Source: a virus
Lineage: Duplodnaviria > Caudoviricetes
Reading direction: 5' to 3' (one strand)
Virus record (IMG/VR): IMGVR_UViG_2816332632_000001
Coordinates: 11,200 to 75,199 of that record
Length of the DNA stretch: 64,000 bases
Shown here piece by piece: positions 9,801-19,678 of the stretch. The notes beneath the pieces are model-generated. The model was given only the letters and a program-made list of their open reading frames with translations. It did no database searches and was not told the DNA's origin. Each line of letters starts with the position of its first letter. Positions within the stretch are counted from its first letter, which is position 1. The translations under genes and the position numbers were made by a program.

Positions 9801-10647
9801 CAAGGCGCAGAACGCCAACTCGAAGACCCTCACCGGCAATTCCGAGGCGGCCATCGAAAACCGGTCCACGATCCTCGGGCTCGTCCAGAACTACGACGAC
9901 CTCCTCAAGGCGTACGCCGCGAGCGGGATGAGCCAGGAAGACCTCGCCATCAAGGCGCAGCAGCTCAAGGCCGACTTCATGGCGCAGGCGACGCAGCTTG
10001 GCTTCAACTCCGCGGAGCTTGGCCACTACGCCACCGCATTCGACGACGTCACGGTCGCCATCAACGGCGTGCCCCGCAACATCACCGTCTCCTTCGACGC
10101 CAACCCCGCCATCCAGGCGCTCAACGAGCTCCGCGCGCGGATGCAGCAGACCGCCGGAGACGCATACGGCGCAGGCGCATCAGCAGGAGCGGCGTACGGC
10201 AAGGGATGGGTCGACGGCACCGCCAACACCCGGCGCCTGGTCGAGGTTCCCAACGCCTCCGTCCCCGGCGGCAAGGCATACCGCTACGTCAACAACGACG
10301 GCTCCCGCGCGACCCCCGACTTCTTCGCAGAGGGTGGCTACACCGGCGGCGGCGGCAAGTACGAGGCGGCGGGCGTCGTCCACCGCGGCGAGTACGTGTT
10401 CTCGGCGGCAGCGACCCGCAACATCGGCGTCGCCAACCTCGCCTTCGCCCACAACTCCGCCAAGCAGGGCCGCGGATTCTCGCTCGGCAACGGCGGCGGC
10501 ATGGGCATGATGGCGCTTCACCCCGACGACCGCGCGCTCCTACGCGACATCGCCAACCGCATCGGAAACATCGAGGTCGAGTTCGTCGAGGTGTCGCAGG
10601 CGGCACAGGCGGGCGACCGAATCATCGCATCACGAGGAGGCCGCTAG
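6859..10647 (+). CDS. Tape measure protein
   Basis: 1262 aa, Ala-rich, ADYESAFTNVERT TP901-type core, FAEGGYTG..GKYEAAGVVHRGEYV motif. Confidence 0.95.
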   Translation: MSDDMRTEAEIRLKVASDGVDKAMDELAGLDGQGEKVTRTLLSARKALKELSDEAGTGSAQLSGYADGFGKLVTKLNAFKKAKRDAAQTSVVNGSTDGTDRAALEKLSTAELEHYIAIDDARGQNAVSVARQIVAQRQRETSESERLRTQEDRIYNQLLSEQTAARKKATDSAIAEIEREHRAYVAAYSGEFNNASQQSAAASAAQQDRRYAVPTPASRNTANPYDKAAAQSQYAAQSTRDYSNSLKAQAEAHNKVVNAAHAEALEEDKLRRTRDAGTTSLIAQRYALYDVATTYGIVGAAMTAVAAGTIKASADYESAFTNVERTTIDSSGNVSQAVEDLKQQFVDLSTQIPVSFEDLTSIASLGAQLGIPEAALESFTTTVAQFSAVTNVTVDEASKSFGALGSLMKVPADQFNNLGSSIAQVGVNSVATESEILSVAQQIASYTTLAGYSAQATIGLSGALASLRVPPEQARSAIQSLFNTINNATAKGGPELDNFAKVLGLTADQARDLFSTNPDEFVNRFVDSLSHLNSQQLTLTLDALGLSEKRVSTVITKLAGNTDVLKQAQNDANQAWASGTFLTNAYGLVADDLNSKLAELGSAVSGLIASLGQSGTQLAPLIDGLIDVVNWLRQIANDPSAQVFIRLGLEITAIVGVFATFKAASALATASTYALVTANEALAGKGIQGGIRGLATSMLGLGNAARTAEVGTKGAAAGATVAGAVAGGAAPKVNMLSAALRGLGRATVILALLQAATELVFNFGGSMKWLAGIFGFLRDGFNGAIQGVVDFINTIVAGMGPLGQFIGLMARVVGGMNKKMNNDWVNGFSDWADSLDTTTDASGSLDDSLYGLNDTMGDTETGFDGLGDSAGGAAEQIRTLEDYANDLSTVFKRAFDIRFGGEQALDTITSGWQKIAQASADARAEMEKANATLAQLAADKSINEYWLSVATAYGDTLRASKIQADLAKNATDTKAAQDELTKAQNANSKTLTGNSEAAIENRSTILGLVQNYDDLLKAYAASGMSQEDLAIKAQQLKADFMAQATQLGFNSAELGHYATAFDDVTVAINGVPRNITVSFDANPAIQALNELRARMQQTAGDAYGAGASAGAAYGKGWVDGTANTRRLVEVPNASVPGGKAYRYVNNDGSRATPDFFAEGGYTGGGGKYEAAGVVHRGEYVFSAAATRNIGVANLAFAHNSAKQGRGFSLGNGGGMGMMALHPDDRALLRDIANRIGNIEVEFVEVSQAAQAGDRIIASRGGR

Positions 10648-11561
10648 TGGCGGGCATCAAGCAGTTCTACATCGGCACGCTGGGGCACCTCCAGGTCGCC
10701 CCGATGCCCAAAGACGGCATGACCGTCGACAACGCCGGCTACACGGAGATGATGGCGTTCGAGAACGGCGGTGCGGCAGGAGTGCGCTCCGCGCAGTTCC
10801 GCAAGCGCTACAAGGTCTCGTTCTCCGGCATCGCCTCCGACCTGAACGGCATCGAGTACTACGGTCGCCTCCGGTCGGGTTTCCACGGGACTGGCCTGAT
10901 CTACTTCAACAACCCCTTCGACTACAAGACCAACCTGCTCGCCGCTGGGTGGGCGTCGCCTGGTCTCGGCAAGCTCGGCTGGAAGACCATCGGAGACCCC
11001 GAACTCGTCTCCGGCGTCTCGTACACCGACTCGCTGCCCAACGCCTACAACCAGCCGTTCACTGGGGCCACCTTCGGCATCACCGCGGCGGTCGGCGCCG
11101 TCCCCAAGCAGCAGCGCTACCGCCACGTCGTAGTCATCCCACCCGAGCGCACCCTGTGGTTCGGCGCATCCGGCTCGACGACGGGAACGGGCCGCGTCTA
11201 CGTGCGCCCGATTCTCAAGGGCGAAGGAGTGGCCTACGACACCCCGGTCGCCATCGCGCCGGTCAATCCTCAGAGCGCCGCGAGGCTCACCAACTCGTTC
11301 TCCGGTGCCACGTACAAGGCCGTCGAGATCTACCTCGGCCGCGCGTCGACGGCTGCCAGCGTGCTCACCCTGACGTCGATGATGGCGCAGCTTTGGCCGA
11401 ACGGGTCCGCCCCGACCCTCACCGGGCCGCACATCGAAGGCCACGGCCACACCGGGTGCATGTTCGCCGACGATGCCGTGACCGAGAACTACCTGTACTT
11501 CTACCCGCCCCGCAAGGGCATCTCCACCGTGCTTGAGGAGGTCGGAGCATGGCAGCGCTAG
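10647..11561 (+). CDS. Minor tail protein (distal-tail position)
   Basis: GTG overlapping TMP stop, SD GAGGAGG. Confidence 0.75.
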   Translation: MAGIKQFYIGTLGHLQVAPMPKDGMTVDNAGYTEMMAFENGGAAGVRSAQFRKRYKVSFSGIASDLNGIEYYGRLRSGFHGTGLIYFNNPFDYKTNLLAAGWASPGLGKLGWKTIGDPELVSGVSYTDSLPNAYNQPFTGATFGITAAVGAVPKQQRYRHVVVIPPERTLWFGASGSTTGTGRVYVRPILKGEGVAYDTPVAIAPVNPQSAARLTNSFSGATYKAVEIYLGRASTAASVLTLTSMMAQLWPNGSAPTLTGPHIEGHGHTGCMFADDAVTENYLYFYPPRKGISTVLEEVGAWQR

Positions 11562-13000
11562 CGGCAGCATCGCTCACTGACAACAACATCGGCGAGCTCG
11601 AGGCAGGGTGGTCCGTGACGGAAGCCGTCACCCCGCACGACATCAGCGGCCAGCCTGCGGCCACCGGCTCGGCATCGTTCGCCGGTCAGTCGTTCGCCGA
11701 GTCCTCCTTCGCGATCGACAGGACATCCACCCTCGCGAGCGACATGGGGTCCGTTACCGGCGCAGTGGACAGCGTCGGCGTCGACAACCTGCGCGCGCAG
11801 ATCTCGCAGGGCTCCATCCTCACCAAGCTCAACGTCGACCTGCCGTCAACCAGCCCGGCAATGGGCGGCACGTGGTCGCTCTCCGCACATTTCTCGCGCG
11901 CCATCAAGGCGATCCTGCCCGCCGCGGTGGTCAACTACACAGCAAGCGTTGATCCACAGGTGGTCACACCCCTGTGGCGCGGCAACGTCTGGGACATGCT
12001 CAACCAGCTTGCCTCCGCCTACAAGCGCGAAATCGCGACGTCCGGCTCAACCATCATCGTCCGCGACGTCGGCTCGACCATCCTCCCGCTCGAGGACTTC
12101 GACAACTCCAGCAAGTCCAAGCTCTCGATCAACACGCAGGCGTCCGGCCAGGTCGTCGAGATCTCGTACTACCAGAGCGCGGCGGTGACCAACCAGGAGG
12201 TCTACAACGCCTTCACCTCGAACAATCAGGTCTTCCAGGCCGACTACGGCGAGACGACCGAGGTGACGATCCCCACCGACACCTACTTCACCACCCTCGT
12301 ACAGCCGACGCCCATGAACGTCCCCAAGCCGTTCAAGGCGCCAATCACGACCGTGGGCGCATACTGCATCACCGCCTCCGACAACCTCCCGGTCCCCGCG
12401 GCGCTGTGGACGCGCTACGGGGGCTCGGTGAGGGTTCGCATCGGCGATGACCCGAACTCGCTCGTGGTGAGCGTCACTGGCCCGCGCTGGCGCATCCCCG
12501 GCTACGACGGCCCATACCGCCTGACCGTCTCCGATGGCCAGAACGACTACGCCACGCTGAGCGTCCGCGGCACCGGCGTGAAGACAAACCCGCAGACCCT
12601 CGCGCTCTCGACGGGGGCAGACCCGGCGATTGCCACGCAGGAGACGGCGACACGGGTGGACAACATCTTCATCTCCACCCTCGCACAGGCGTACGACCGT
12701 GGCGTGTGGGCGAGCGCCTCCGCCGCAGGTCCGACCGTGACCCTCACCTGCTCCGTCCCCACCGACCAGCTTCCGGGCTTCGGCTTGACCTGCGGCTCGC
12801 TGATTCGCTACCGCAACAGCATCTACCGGATCATGCAGGCGACCATCGGCGCACTGCGGACCAGCCTGTCGGCCGTGCAGTACGTCACTGCGGGCGACGA
12901 AGCATCCGCATGGTCGGGGAAGAGCGCCGGAGAGTACGCCGCGTTCTGGGCGGGCAAGACCGCCGGCCAGGCGTCGGTCGAGCCGCTCCGCACCTCGTAG
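11549..13000 (+). CDS. Minor tail protein
   Basis: Synteny; Ser/Thr/Gly-rich 483 aa. Confidence 0.75.
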   Translation: MAALAAASLTDNNIGELEAGWSVTEAVTPHDISGQPAATGSASFAGQSFAESSFAIDRTSTLASDMGSVTGAVDSVGVDNLRAQISQGSILTKLNVDLPSTSPAMGGTWSLSAHFSRAIKAILPAAVVNYTASVDPQVVTPLWRGNVWDMLNQLASAYKREIATSGSTIIVRDVGSTILPLEDFDNSSKSKLSINTQASGQVVEISYYQSAAVTNQEVYNAFTSNNQVFQADYGETTEVTIPTDTYFTTLVQPTPMNVPKPFKAPITTVGAYCITASDNLPVPAALWTRYGGSVRVRIGDDPNSLVVSVTGPRWRIPGYDGPYRLTVSDGQNDYATLSVRGTGVKTNPQTLALSTGADPAIATQETATRVDNIFISTLAQAYDRGVWASASAAGPTVTLTCSVPTDQLPGFGLTCGSLIRYRNSIYRIMQATIGALRTSLSAVQYVTAGDEASAWSGKSAGEYAAFWAGKTAGQASVEPLRTS

Positions 13001-13033
13001 CTGTACGTTTCCTGATAGTAAACTGGGAACAAC

Positions 13034-15268
13034 ATGTCAATTCGCCAGGTAACCTCGAGCCTCTCCGACGGGGCATACGTGCGCGCGCTTGAGCAGGAGC
13101 TTGCGGAGCGCGAGCAGCAGCTAAAGTCGGTGCAGTCGCGCGTCGACAGCCTGGAGCGTCGACCGCGCATCGCCACGGCCGCGCCCCTCACCGTCGACCC
13201 GGAGACTGGCGACCCTGTTCGCGATCCCGACCTCGTCCCCGTGACCGTCGACGACCCGCGCTCCCGGTTCACCCCCGACACCCCCGTCGCCTTCGGTGCG
13301 ACCTCCACCGCGGCCTTCGGTCCGACCGGCGCACTCAACGCCGCCGTGCATGCGACGTTCTTCCCAGTCGCCACGGCCGTCAACGGCGACCTCATCGACA
13401 TCACCAAGCACGAGCTCTACGGCCGCCGAGCAGACACGGGCGAGGTCTGGCGGCGTCTCACCACGGGCAGCGGCACAGTGTCCACCCTCGACTACGACCC
13501 GCTGCCGCCAGGCGAGACGTGGCAGTTCAAGGTGCGCGCCATCTCCGGCAACGGCACCCCTGGTGCCTTCACTGCGCCCATCGCGCTCGTCATGAGCGCC
13601 GACATCACGCCTCCGCCAACCCCATCCGTTCCATCGCTCAGCACGCGGCTCGGAACCGTCACCGTCTCCTGGGATGGCCTCGGCTCCGGCGGCGAGACTC
13701 AGCCGGTCGACTTTGACCGCTGCGACGTCCTGGTCAACGGACAGGTCGCCGGGGCAATCAAGCTGTCGAGCGGCGCATCCACGTTCGTCCTGACCGGCCT
13801 CGCCTACCTGACGAGCTACACAATCCGCCTCGTCGCCGTTGACACCTCCGGCAACCGCTCGCCCCAGTCCGCCCCCGCGAACGTCATCGTCCAGCCGCTC
13901 GTCGACACCGATCTCATCGGCCAGATCATCAACGGCGCGAACATCAAAGACGGCACGATCACAGCCAGTGACAAGATCATCGCCAACACCATCACGGGCG
14001 GCCTCATCCAGGCACTCGCGATCGACGCAGGGAAGATCGCAGCCAACGCCATCACCACCGACAAGCTCGCGGCCGGAGCCATCACCGCTGAGAAGCTCGC
14101 CGTCAACTCGGTCACTGCCAGCAATATCATGATCGGCGATTTTGCCAATCTCGCGAACAATGACGACTGGTCCCTTGGCGCGCCGTCCTGGGTCATCCCC
14201 ACGGGTGGCACGACGATCTACTCGCCCTCGCAGCCCCAGTCGAACAATGGCTACTTCATTCGCCTTCCGATGACACAGAACGAAGGGCAGGGGCTTCGCG
14301 CCCTCGGGCCGAAGTTCAACGCTGTTGCCGGTGAGCAGTTCTCGATCAGTGCCAACGTTTACGCAAACGGAACGGCGACCGGCGGGCTCGTCGGCCTCGA
14401 ACTCATCTGGTTTAGGCAGGACGGGACGAGCCAAACCCAACTAGCAGTCACGCTCACGCCGACATTCCCCGCGGGTTATGTCACCTACACCGCAACGCTC
14501 ACGGCGCCGGCGAACGTTGTGGCAGCGCAGTTCAGCTTTGTCACTGTCGGCAAAGCCACCCAGACAGCAGGCGCGATTGCCACGTTCGCGAACCCGATGG
14601 TCCGTCGCATGGTAGCTGGCTCGCTCATCGTCGACGGAGCGATCGACGGCAAGACCATCACCGGCGCCCTGGTCCGCTCGGCCGCATCCGGCGCACGCAC
14701 AGAGATGACCAACCAGGGCATCCGCGTCATTGACGGCACGGGCGTCGAGCAGGTCCGCCTCGGCTACGGCATCGCCACCGGCATGAGCGTCCTCAATCCG
14801 AACTCGGGCTCACTCGTGCCACTTTCGAGCATCGCGTTCGGCACGACGTCCAGCACGGGTGCGCCGCAGCAGGGCGTGCTCACCACCGGAACGGGCACCT
14901 ACAGCAGCCTCGCGCGCTCGATCGCGCCGGCCGCCGTCTCGAGCGCCTCAGGCCGAATGCTCGTCATGATGTCCGTCAATCTCTCGCTGCCGCCGGGCGC
15001 ATACTTCCGCGTCCGTGCTGCCGTCAACACGGCCGCCCCGCCCGTCGCAGGCGGAGTCAACGACGTCCTCGGCACCACCGTCCAGGTCCAGGAGCTCGAC
15101 ACCTACAACGGTGGCCTGACCTCCAACCAGATCACCCTCCTCGGCATCGTCAACGTCACTGCTGGCGCGTCCTACCGGGCATGGGCCGAGATGCAGGTCC
15201 GCGGCGGCACCGCTGGTGGCGTCTGGGGCTACGTCCGTCTCGATACCGTCGTCGCATTCCCCATTTAG
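13034..15268 (+). CDS. Minor tail / host-specificity protein with fibronectin III domains
   Basis: WQFKVRAIS and YTIRLVAVDTSGNRS FN3 motifs; KIAANAITTDKLAAGAIT repeats. Confidence 0.85.
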   Translation: MSIRQVTSSLSDGAYVRALEQELAEREQQLKSVQSRVDSLERRPRIATAAPLTVDPETGDPVRDPDLVPVTVDDPRSRFTPDTPVAFGATSTAAFGPTGALNAAVHATFFPVATAVNGDLIDITKHELYGRRADTGEVWRRLTTGSGTVSTLDYDPLPPGETWQFKVRAISGNGTPGAFTAPIALVMSADITPPPTPSVPSLSTRLGTVTVSWDGLGSGGETQPVDFDRCDVLVNGQVAGAIKLSSGASTFVLTGLAYLTSYTIRLVAVDTSGNRSPQSAPANVIVQPLVDTDLIGQIINGANIKDGTITASDKIIANTITGGLIQALAIDAGKIAANAITTDKLAAGAITAEKLAVNSVTASNIMIGDFANLANNDDWSLGAPSWVIPTGGTTIYSPSQPQSNNGYFIRLPMTQNEGQGLRALGPKFNAVAGEQFSISANVYANGTATGGLVGLELIWFRQDGTSQTQLAVTLTPTFPAGYVTYTATLTAPANVVAAQFSFVTVGKATQTAGAIATFANPMVRRMVAGSLIVDGAIDGKTITGALVRSAASGARTEMTNQGIRVIDGTGVEQVRLGYGIATGMSVLNPNSGSLVPLSSIAFGTTSSTGAPQQGVLTTGTGTYSSLARSIAPAAVSSASGRMLVMMSVNLSLPPGAYFRVRAAVNTAAPPVAGGVNDVLGTTVQVQELDTYNGGLTSNQITLLGIVNVTAGASYRAWAEMQVRGGTAGGVWGYVRLDTVVAFPI

Positions 15269-15275
15269 GAGAGAA

Positions 15276-15536
15276 ATGTCAGATCAGTCAATCACCACCC
15301 AGTTTGGTGTCACCTACCCGAACGGAGTGACGGAGTGGGCCACCGAGGCGTGGTTCGGTGCAATCGACACGCCTGAGAAGCGTGCGACGTTCCAGGAGCA
15401 GTACAACCTCAAGCTCCAGTCACTCGGCGTCCCTGGCCAGGGTCTTTCGTTCGTCACCCGCGAGGTCACCTCTACCTACGGCGCGCCTACCGCACTCGTC
15501 GACATCATCATCGACCCCGAGGAGCAGTCCGAATGA
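15276..15536 (+). CDS. Hypothetical tail-region protein
   Basis: ATG after AGGAGAG. Confidence 0.65.
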   Translation: MSDQSITTQFGVTYPNGVTEWATEAWFGAIDTPEKRATFQEQYNLKLQSLGVPGQGLSFVTREVTSTYGAPTALVDIIIDPEEQSE

Positions 15537-16207
15537 CGGCCTCAATCGGATCAGACAACCTCACAGTCTGGACCACATCGGACCCACAGTCGCTCCCAGC
15601 CGCTTCCTCCGCCATGATGACCAGCGTGCGCGCCGCACTCGACGCACGCGCGATCCGGTCGTACAAGTGGGCGAACAGCACCGAGCGCGGCAACGCAACC
15701 GGCATGACCGAGGGCGACCTCGGCGATCAGCGCGACACGGACACGATCTGGCGTTACGACGGAGCTGCCTGGCAGCCACTCATCGCCCCGTCGGTCTCGT
15801 ACCCGGTGACCCTCCAGGGTGTCGCGGCGCTCGGGAACGGCGTGCTCACCGGCTCGTACTCCCGTGTCGGCAAGATGGTCACCGTGGAAGGCTCCCTCCG
15901 AGTCGGCTCGTCGACAACCTTCAACACGTCCAACATCGCCGTGAGCCTCCCGGTCGACGCCGCCAGCAAGTACGCCGCTGCGACAGGGCTCGAGTCGATG
16001 GTCGGCGGATGCGGCATCCTCAACCCCGGCGTCCTCGCGTTCAGTGGCCCCGTCGCCATGCGTGCCGACAACACGCAGGCAGCCAACCTGAAATTCCAGG
16101 CCATCTTCAACAACCAGGTCGTCGACTCTCTCGCCAAGCAAGGCTCGCCCGTCACGCTGGCCAACGGTCACCTCGTCACCTGGACCTTCGCGTACGAGGC
16201 GGCGTAA
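15533..16207 (+). CDS. Minor tail / fibre protein
   Basis: WRYDGAAW and GSYSRVGKMVTV fibre-type motifs. Confidence 0.7.
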   Translation: MTASIGSDNLTVWTTSDPQSLPAASSAMMTSVRAALDARAIRSYKWANSTERGNATGMTEGDLGDQRDTDTIWRYDGAAWQPLIAPSVSYPVTLQGVAALGNGVLTGSYSRVGKMVTVEGSLRVGSSTTFNTSNIAVSLPVDAASKYAAATGLESMVGGCGILNPGVLAFSGPVAMRADNTQAANLKFQAIFNNQVVDSLAKQGSPVTLANGHLVTWTFAYEAA

Positions 16208-16297
16208 CCATCCCGGAGAGTTAGCTAGCTATAGCAGGTAAACTGGGAGAATGCTGAACGTCTCCCGAGTGTCTGTCATCCCGAAGGTGGTCGCCCT

Positions 16298-17107
16298 TTG
16301 AGCATCATCGACGGCCAGGGCCTCATCACCTGGGAAGGCGGCCTCTTCGCCCCCGGCAGCGACCTCCTGCGTCGCGTCAAGTGGGCGTTCGGCAAGATCC
16401 GCGCGGCGGGCGGCACCATCTACCTCAACGAGGCGGGCCGCCCCTTCGGCGTTCCCGGCGACGCAAACGTGGGGTGGGAGTGGCAGACCGCTTCCGGTCG
16501 ATCCACCGTGTGGTTCCAGTGGGGGCGCTACCTGCGTGGAGAGACGCCCTCTGCGGCAGACCCACGCTCCGGCAACGTGTTCGCCTCGGAGCACACCCAG
16601 GGCATCGCCATCGACTGCAACGCACCTACGGCGGCGGACGCAGCACTCCGCGCCAAGTACTTCGCTCAGGCGGGACTCAAGAACACCATCTCGTCCGAGT
16701 CCTGGCACTGGGCCATCCGCGGCAACCCGCTCGTGGACATCAGCATCGACACCGCGTCAGACGGCGCAACACCTCTCACGAACGGAGACGACGAATTGTC
16801 CGCAGCAGAAGTGGCCGACATCAAGGCCCACATCACCGCAGAGACCAACCGCCTCGCTGACTACGTGCGCCGCGAGTCGCGCCTGCGCCTCTACAAGAAC
16901 TCGGTCACCGGCAAGTTCATGGCGGCCTCGATCCTGACCGGCCGCTACGAGATCCTCTCCGGCCAGTCCGAGGTCGACTCGCTGGTCCAGAACGGCTACC
17001 TCGAGATCGGCAACGGCGACGCGGTCAACCCGCAGATCGTCGACGAGACGCGCTGGGCCAACATCATCGCCAAGTGCCCGGTCAACATCAAGGCGCTGGC
17101 CCACTGA
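16298..17107 (+). CDS. Endolysin, M15-family Zn peptidase
   Basis: SEHTQGIAID and ESWHW motifs. Confidence 0.85.
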   Translation: MSIIDGQGLITWEGGLFAPGSDLLRRVKWAFGKIRAAGGTIYLNEAGRPFGVPGDANVGWEWQTASGRSTVWFQWGRYLRGETPSAADPRSGNVFASEHTQGIAIDCNAPTAADAALRAKYFAQAGLKNTISSESWHWAIRGNPLVDISIDTASDGATPLTNGDDELSAAEVADIKAHITAETNRLADYVRRESRLRLYKNSVTGKFMAASILTGRYEILSGQSEVDSLVQNGYLEIGNGDAVNPQIVDETRWANIIAKCPVNIKALAH

Positions 17108-17108
17108 C

Positions 17109-17438
17109 ATGAACGACGACGAAATCCCCAAAGACTTCACCGGCCTCGCGGTCGCGATGGGGGTCGTCCAGGAAGGGCAGCGCAACATTTTGCAGGCGTT
17201 CACCGACTTTAAGAAGGACCAGGTGAAGGCGGTCGACGACATCCGCGCGGAGCACGCCGCAACGCGGACGGAGGTTGAGGGCGTGAAGACGCGGCTGACC
17301 GTCATCGAGTCGCAGGCGCGCCCGAAGACGCCCTGGTTCATCGTCGTCAGCGCCATCGGCGTCATCGTCACCACCGTAGGCGGCGGTATCGGCCTACTCG
17401 CCAGCATGTCTCAAATCGCAGCAGCGGTCGGCAAGTAG
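17109..17438 (+). CDS. Lysis-cassette membrane protein (coiled coil plus one TM)
   Basis: C-terminal hydrophobic helix, follows endolysin. Confidence 0.7.
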   Translation: MNDDEIPKDFTGLAVAMGVVQEGQRNILQAFTDFKKDQVKAVDDIRAEHAATRTEVEGVKTRLTVIESQARPKTPWFIVVSAIGVIVTTVGGGIGLLASMSQIAAAVGK

Positions 17439-17460
17439 CCGGCACCCAGGAGGAACCCTT

Positions 17461-18738
17461 TTGTCACGCAAGACCGACGCACTACTCGCCGACCCGGACT
17501 TCGCGGCGGCCATCAACAGCGCAGAGTCGCTGCGCCCCATTGCACAGCGCTACGGCGTCAGCTTCGGCTTCGTGCAGAAGGCCAGAGCAGAAGGGCTCTG
17601 TGAAGGCGTCGAAGGCGTGGAACCGGCGACGGTCGGCGACTCCCGCGAGGAGTCATCCGACGGGCGCATCACCATCGAGAAGAAGGCCGACCGGATCATC
17701 CCCCTGTCGGAGTGGCTCGACGACCTCCGCCGCGACGGCTACAACCCCGACGACTACACCACCTCGCACCGTCACTCCGTCTGGACGCAGCACACCGCCA
17801 AGGGCATCACGAAGACGCTCTACTCGAACGCATTCTCCGCCGTCAAAAAGCCGGTGAAGGAGCTTGCGGCGACGGCAAGGATCGACTGGGAAGCCGCCTC
17901 CAAGTTCGTGGAGGGGTTCACCTACATCCCCGCCAAGCGCGACTTCCTCGTCGACACGGCCATCCTCCAGCCGACCGACGAGCAGTGGGGCAAGACCGAC
18001 TTCGACGGCGGCACGCCTCAGACCGAAGAGCGGGTCATGAACTCGTACGCCGCGTTCGCTGACTACGTCCGCGAGTACCGCCCACGCCAGGCGTTTTTCG
18101 CGCGCACGGGTGACGGCATCGAGAACTTCTGCAACACCCCGTCGCAGCGCGACACCAACGATCTCGACCTTCCGGCGATGATTACCCAGTCGTTCAAGAT
18201 GGACCTCGCGGGCACGGCCATGATCGCGCCCCTCGTGCAGGAGCTCGTGGAGGCGTACGTGCCGTCCAACCACTCCCGCTGGCGCACTGGAGCGAAGGCG
18301 GACGCCGGCAACGCGCACGCCGACTTCGGCCTCACCGTCGCCAACCAGCTCCGCGCGATGCAGTCGCTCATGGGCATCCTCCCCAACGTGAAGATCCTCA
18401 CGCCGGAGCCGCACATGGAGTCGATGACGGTGCAGCTTGACACGCTGCGCGCCGGACTCGTCCACGGCCACCAGACCAACTCCCCCGACAAGATCGGCGA
18501 GTGGTGGAAGGGCCAGGACCACGGCCGGATGCCCACCTGGGATGCGGACATTCTATTCGTCGGCCACTTCCATTCGCTCCGCATCTACCAGTCCGGCGAC
18601 GGTCGCTGGATCGTCGTCGGTCCCGCAAGCGACAACGGCTCCTCGTGGTTCTCCAACCTCAAGGGCGAGCGCGCTCGATCCGGGATGCTGGCAATGGCGA
18701 TCGAAGGCAAGCGCTGGCGCTTCCAGGAGATCCTCTAG
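17461..18738 (+). CDS. Calcineurin-like metallophosphoesterase / exonuclease
   Basis: D.Q.GK, GD.IE, PSNH, HGH, VGHFH motifs. Confidence 0.8.
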   Translation: MSRKTDALLADPDFAAAINSAESLRPIAQRYGVSFGFVQKARAEGLCEGVEGVEPATVGDSREESSDGRITIEKKADRIIPLSEWLDDLRRDGYNPDDYTTSHRHSVWTQHTAKGITKTLYSNAFSAVKKPVKELAATARIDWEAASKFVEGFTYIPAKRDFLVDTAILQPTDEQWGKTDFDGGTPQTEERVMNSYAAFADYVREYRPRQAFFARTGDGIENFCNTPSQRDTNDLDLPAMITQSFKMDLAGTAMIAPLVQELVEAYVPSNHSRWRTGAKADAGNAHADFGLTVANQLRAMQSLMGILPNVKILTPEPHMESMTVQLDTLRAGLVHGHQTNSPDKIGEWWKGQDHGRMPTWDADILFVGHFHSLRIYQSGDGRWIVVGPASDNGSSWFSNLKGERARSGMLAMAIEGKRWRFQEIL

Positions 18739-18778
18739 CCACGGATTAGCCAGCTAATCGCTCCTAGACTTAAACCCT

Positions 18779-18859
18779 ATGGAAAACACCGAGATCGTCG
18801 ACCAGTACGCCTGCCCCATCGACCCGATGGAAGCCTTGCAGTGCGATAGCTGCCAGTAG
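18779..18859 (+). CDS. 26-aa CxxC micropeptide
   Basis: MENTEIVDQYACPIDPMEALQCDSCQ; TAGACT -10 at 18765-18770. Confidence 0.55.
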   Translation: MENTEIVDQYACPIDPMEALQCDSCQ

Positions 18860-18872
18860 AAAGAGAGACCGC

Positions 18873-19115
18873 ATGACGCACACCGCAAACGTCGATCCCA
18901 ACGCCCCCGCCGAGGTGAATCCGACCAAGTACTCCAAGGAGTTCTGGCAGGATCTCGGCGACCGCTCCGTCTCCAGTGCCGCAGGTGCGGCCCTCTCCGT
19001 GCTTGGCGCGGGTGGGCTCGGCATCGTCACAGCCGACTGGCAGAGCGTCGTCTCCATCTCGCTCATGGCCGGAGCCATCTCGATCCTCAAGGCTTTCGCT
19101 GTCGCCCGAAGGTAG
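18873..19115 (+). CDS. Holin (r1t-like)
   Basis: KEFWQDLGDR..., DWQSVVS, two TM segments. Confidence 0.85.
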   Translation: MTHTANVDPNAPAEVNPTKYSKEFWQDLGDRSVSSAAGAALSVLGAGGLGIVTADWQSVVSISLMAGAISILKAFAVARR

Positions 19116-19131
19116 GTGATCCCATCTCGAC

Positions 19132-19161
19132 GAACGGCCCCGGATTTCTCCGGGGCCGTTC
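19132..19161. terminator. Terminator between convergent arms
   Basis: GAACGGCCCCGGA/TCCGGGGCCGTTC hairpin. Confidence 0.75.
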
Positions 19162-19165
19162 TGGT

Positions 19166-19678
19166 TTAAGCAGCTACCGGTCGCGGCGGCCAGAAGGTGC
19201 GCAGCGTCGGCATGTGCTTCCGCTGTTTGAGGTAGACGAGCGAATGCGTGATGGCGTCGTTCGAGTCGTCGTTGTCGGTGCCCTTAGCGTGCAGCCCGAA
19301 TTCCGCCAGGAAATTGAACCGGACACGCTGCCGCTGCGCCTTCGTCTTCGCCTCGGGCGGGTAGCCGGTGAGCAGCGCCTTGTGTGTGCGCATCTGCCAG
19401 GTCACCGCCCGCCACTCGGCATCCGTGAGTGCCATGCAGAGCGCGCCCTCGATATGCACGGGAGTGAGGTCGGCCTGGAAGTTGTTCCGCGCGAGCACGA
19501 ACTTTTCGACCACGAGCTCGTCGTAGACCGGCCGCTCGTGAGTCCACCAGCGCTTGAACCCCGCCACCCCGCCGTGCACCTGGTAGCGCTCGACGAGTTG
19601 ATAGGGCGTGGTCTCGTTGTAGAAGCCGAGCGAGATCCCCGTGTTCTTGCCAGGGTCGATGGAGAGCAGGCGCGTCAC
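19166..19678 (-). CDS. RuvC-like Holliday junction resolvase
   Basis: LLSIDPGKNTG, VVEKF, DSNDA. Confidence 0.85.
   Translation of the reverse strand: MTRLLSIDPGKNTGISLGFYNETTPYQLVERYQVHGGVAGFKRWWTHERPVYDELVVEKFVLARNNFQADLTPVHIEGALCMALTDAEWRAVTWQMRTHKALLTGYPPEAKTKAQRQRVRFNFLAEFGLHAKGTDNDDSNDAITHSLVYLKQRKHMPTLRTFWPPRPVAA

Noticed and set aside
13034-16207. Diversity-generating retroelement or invertible tail-fibre cassette
   Set aside because: No reverse transcriptase, invertase or template/variable repeat pair seen
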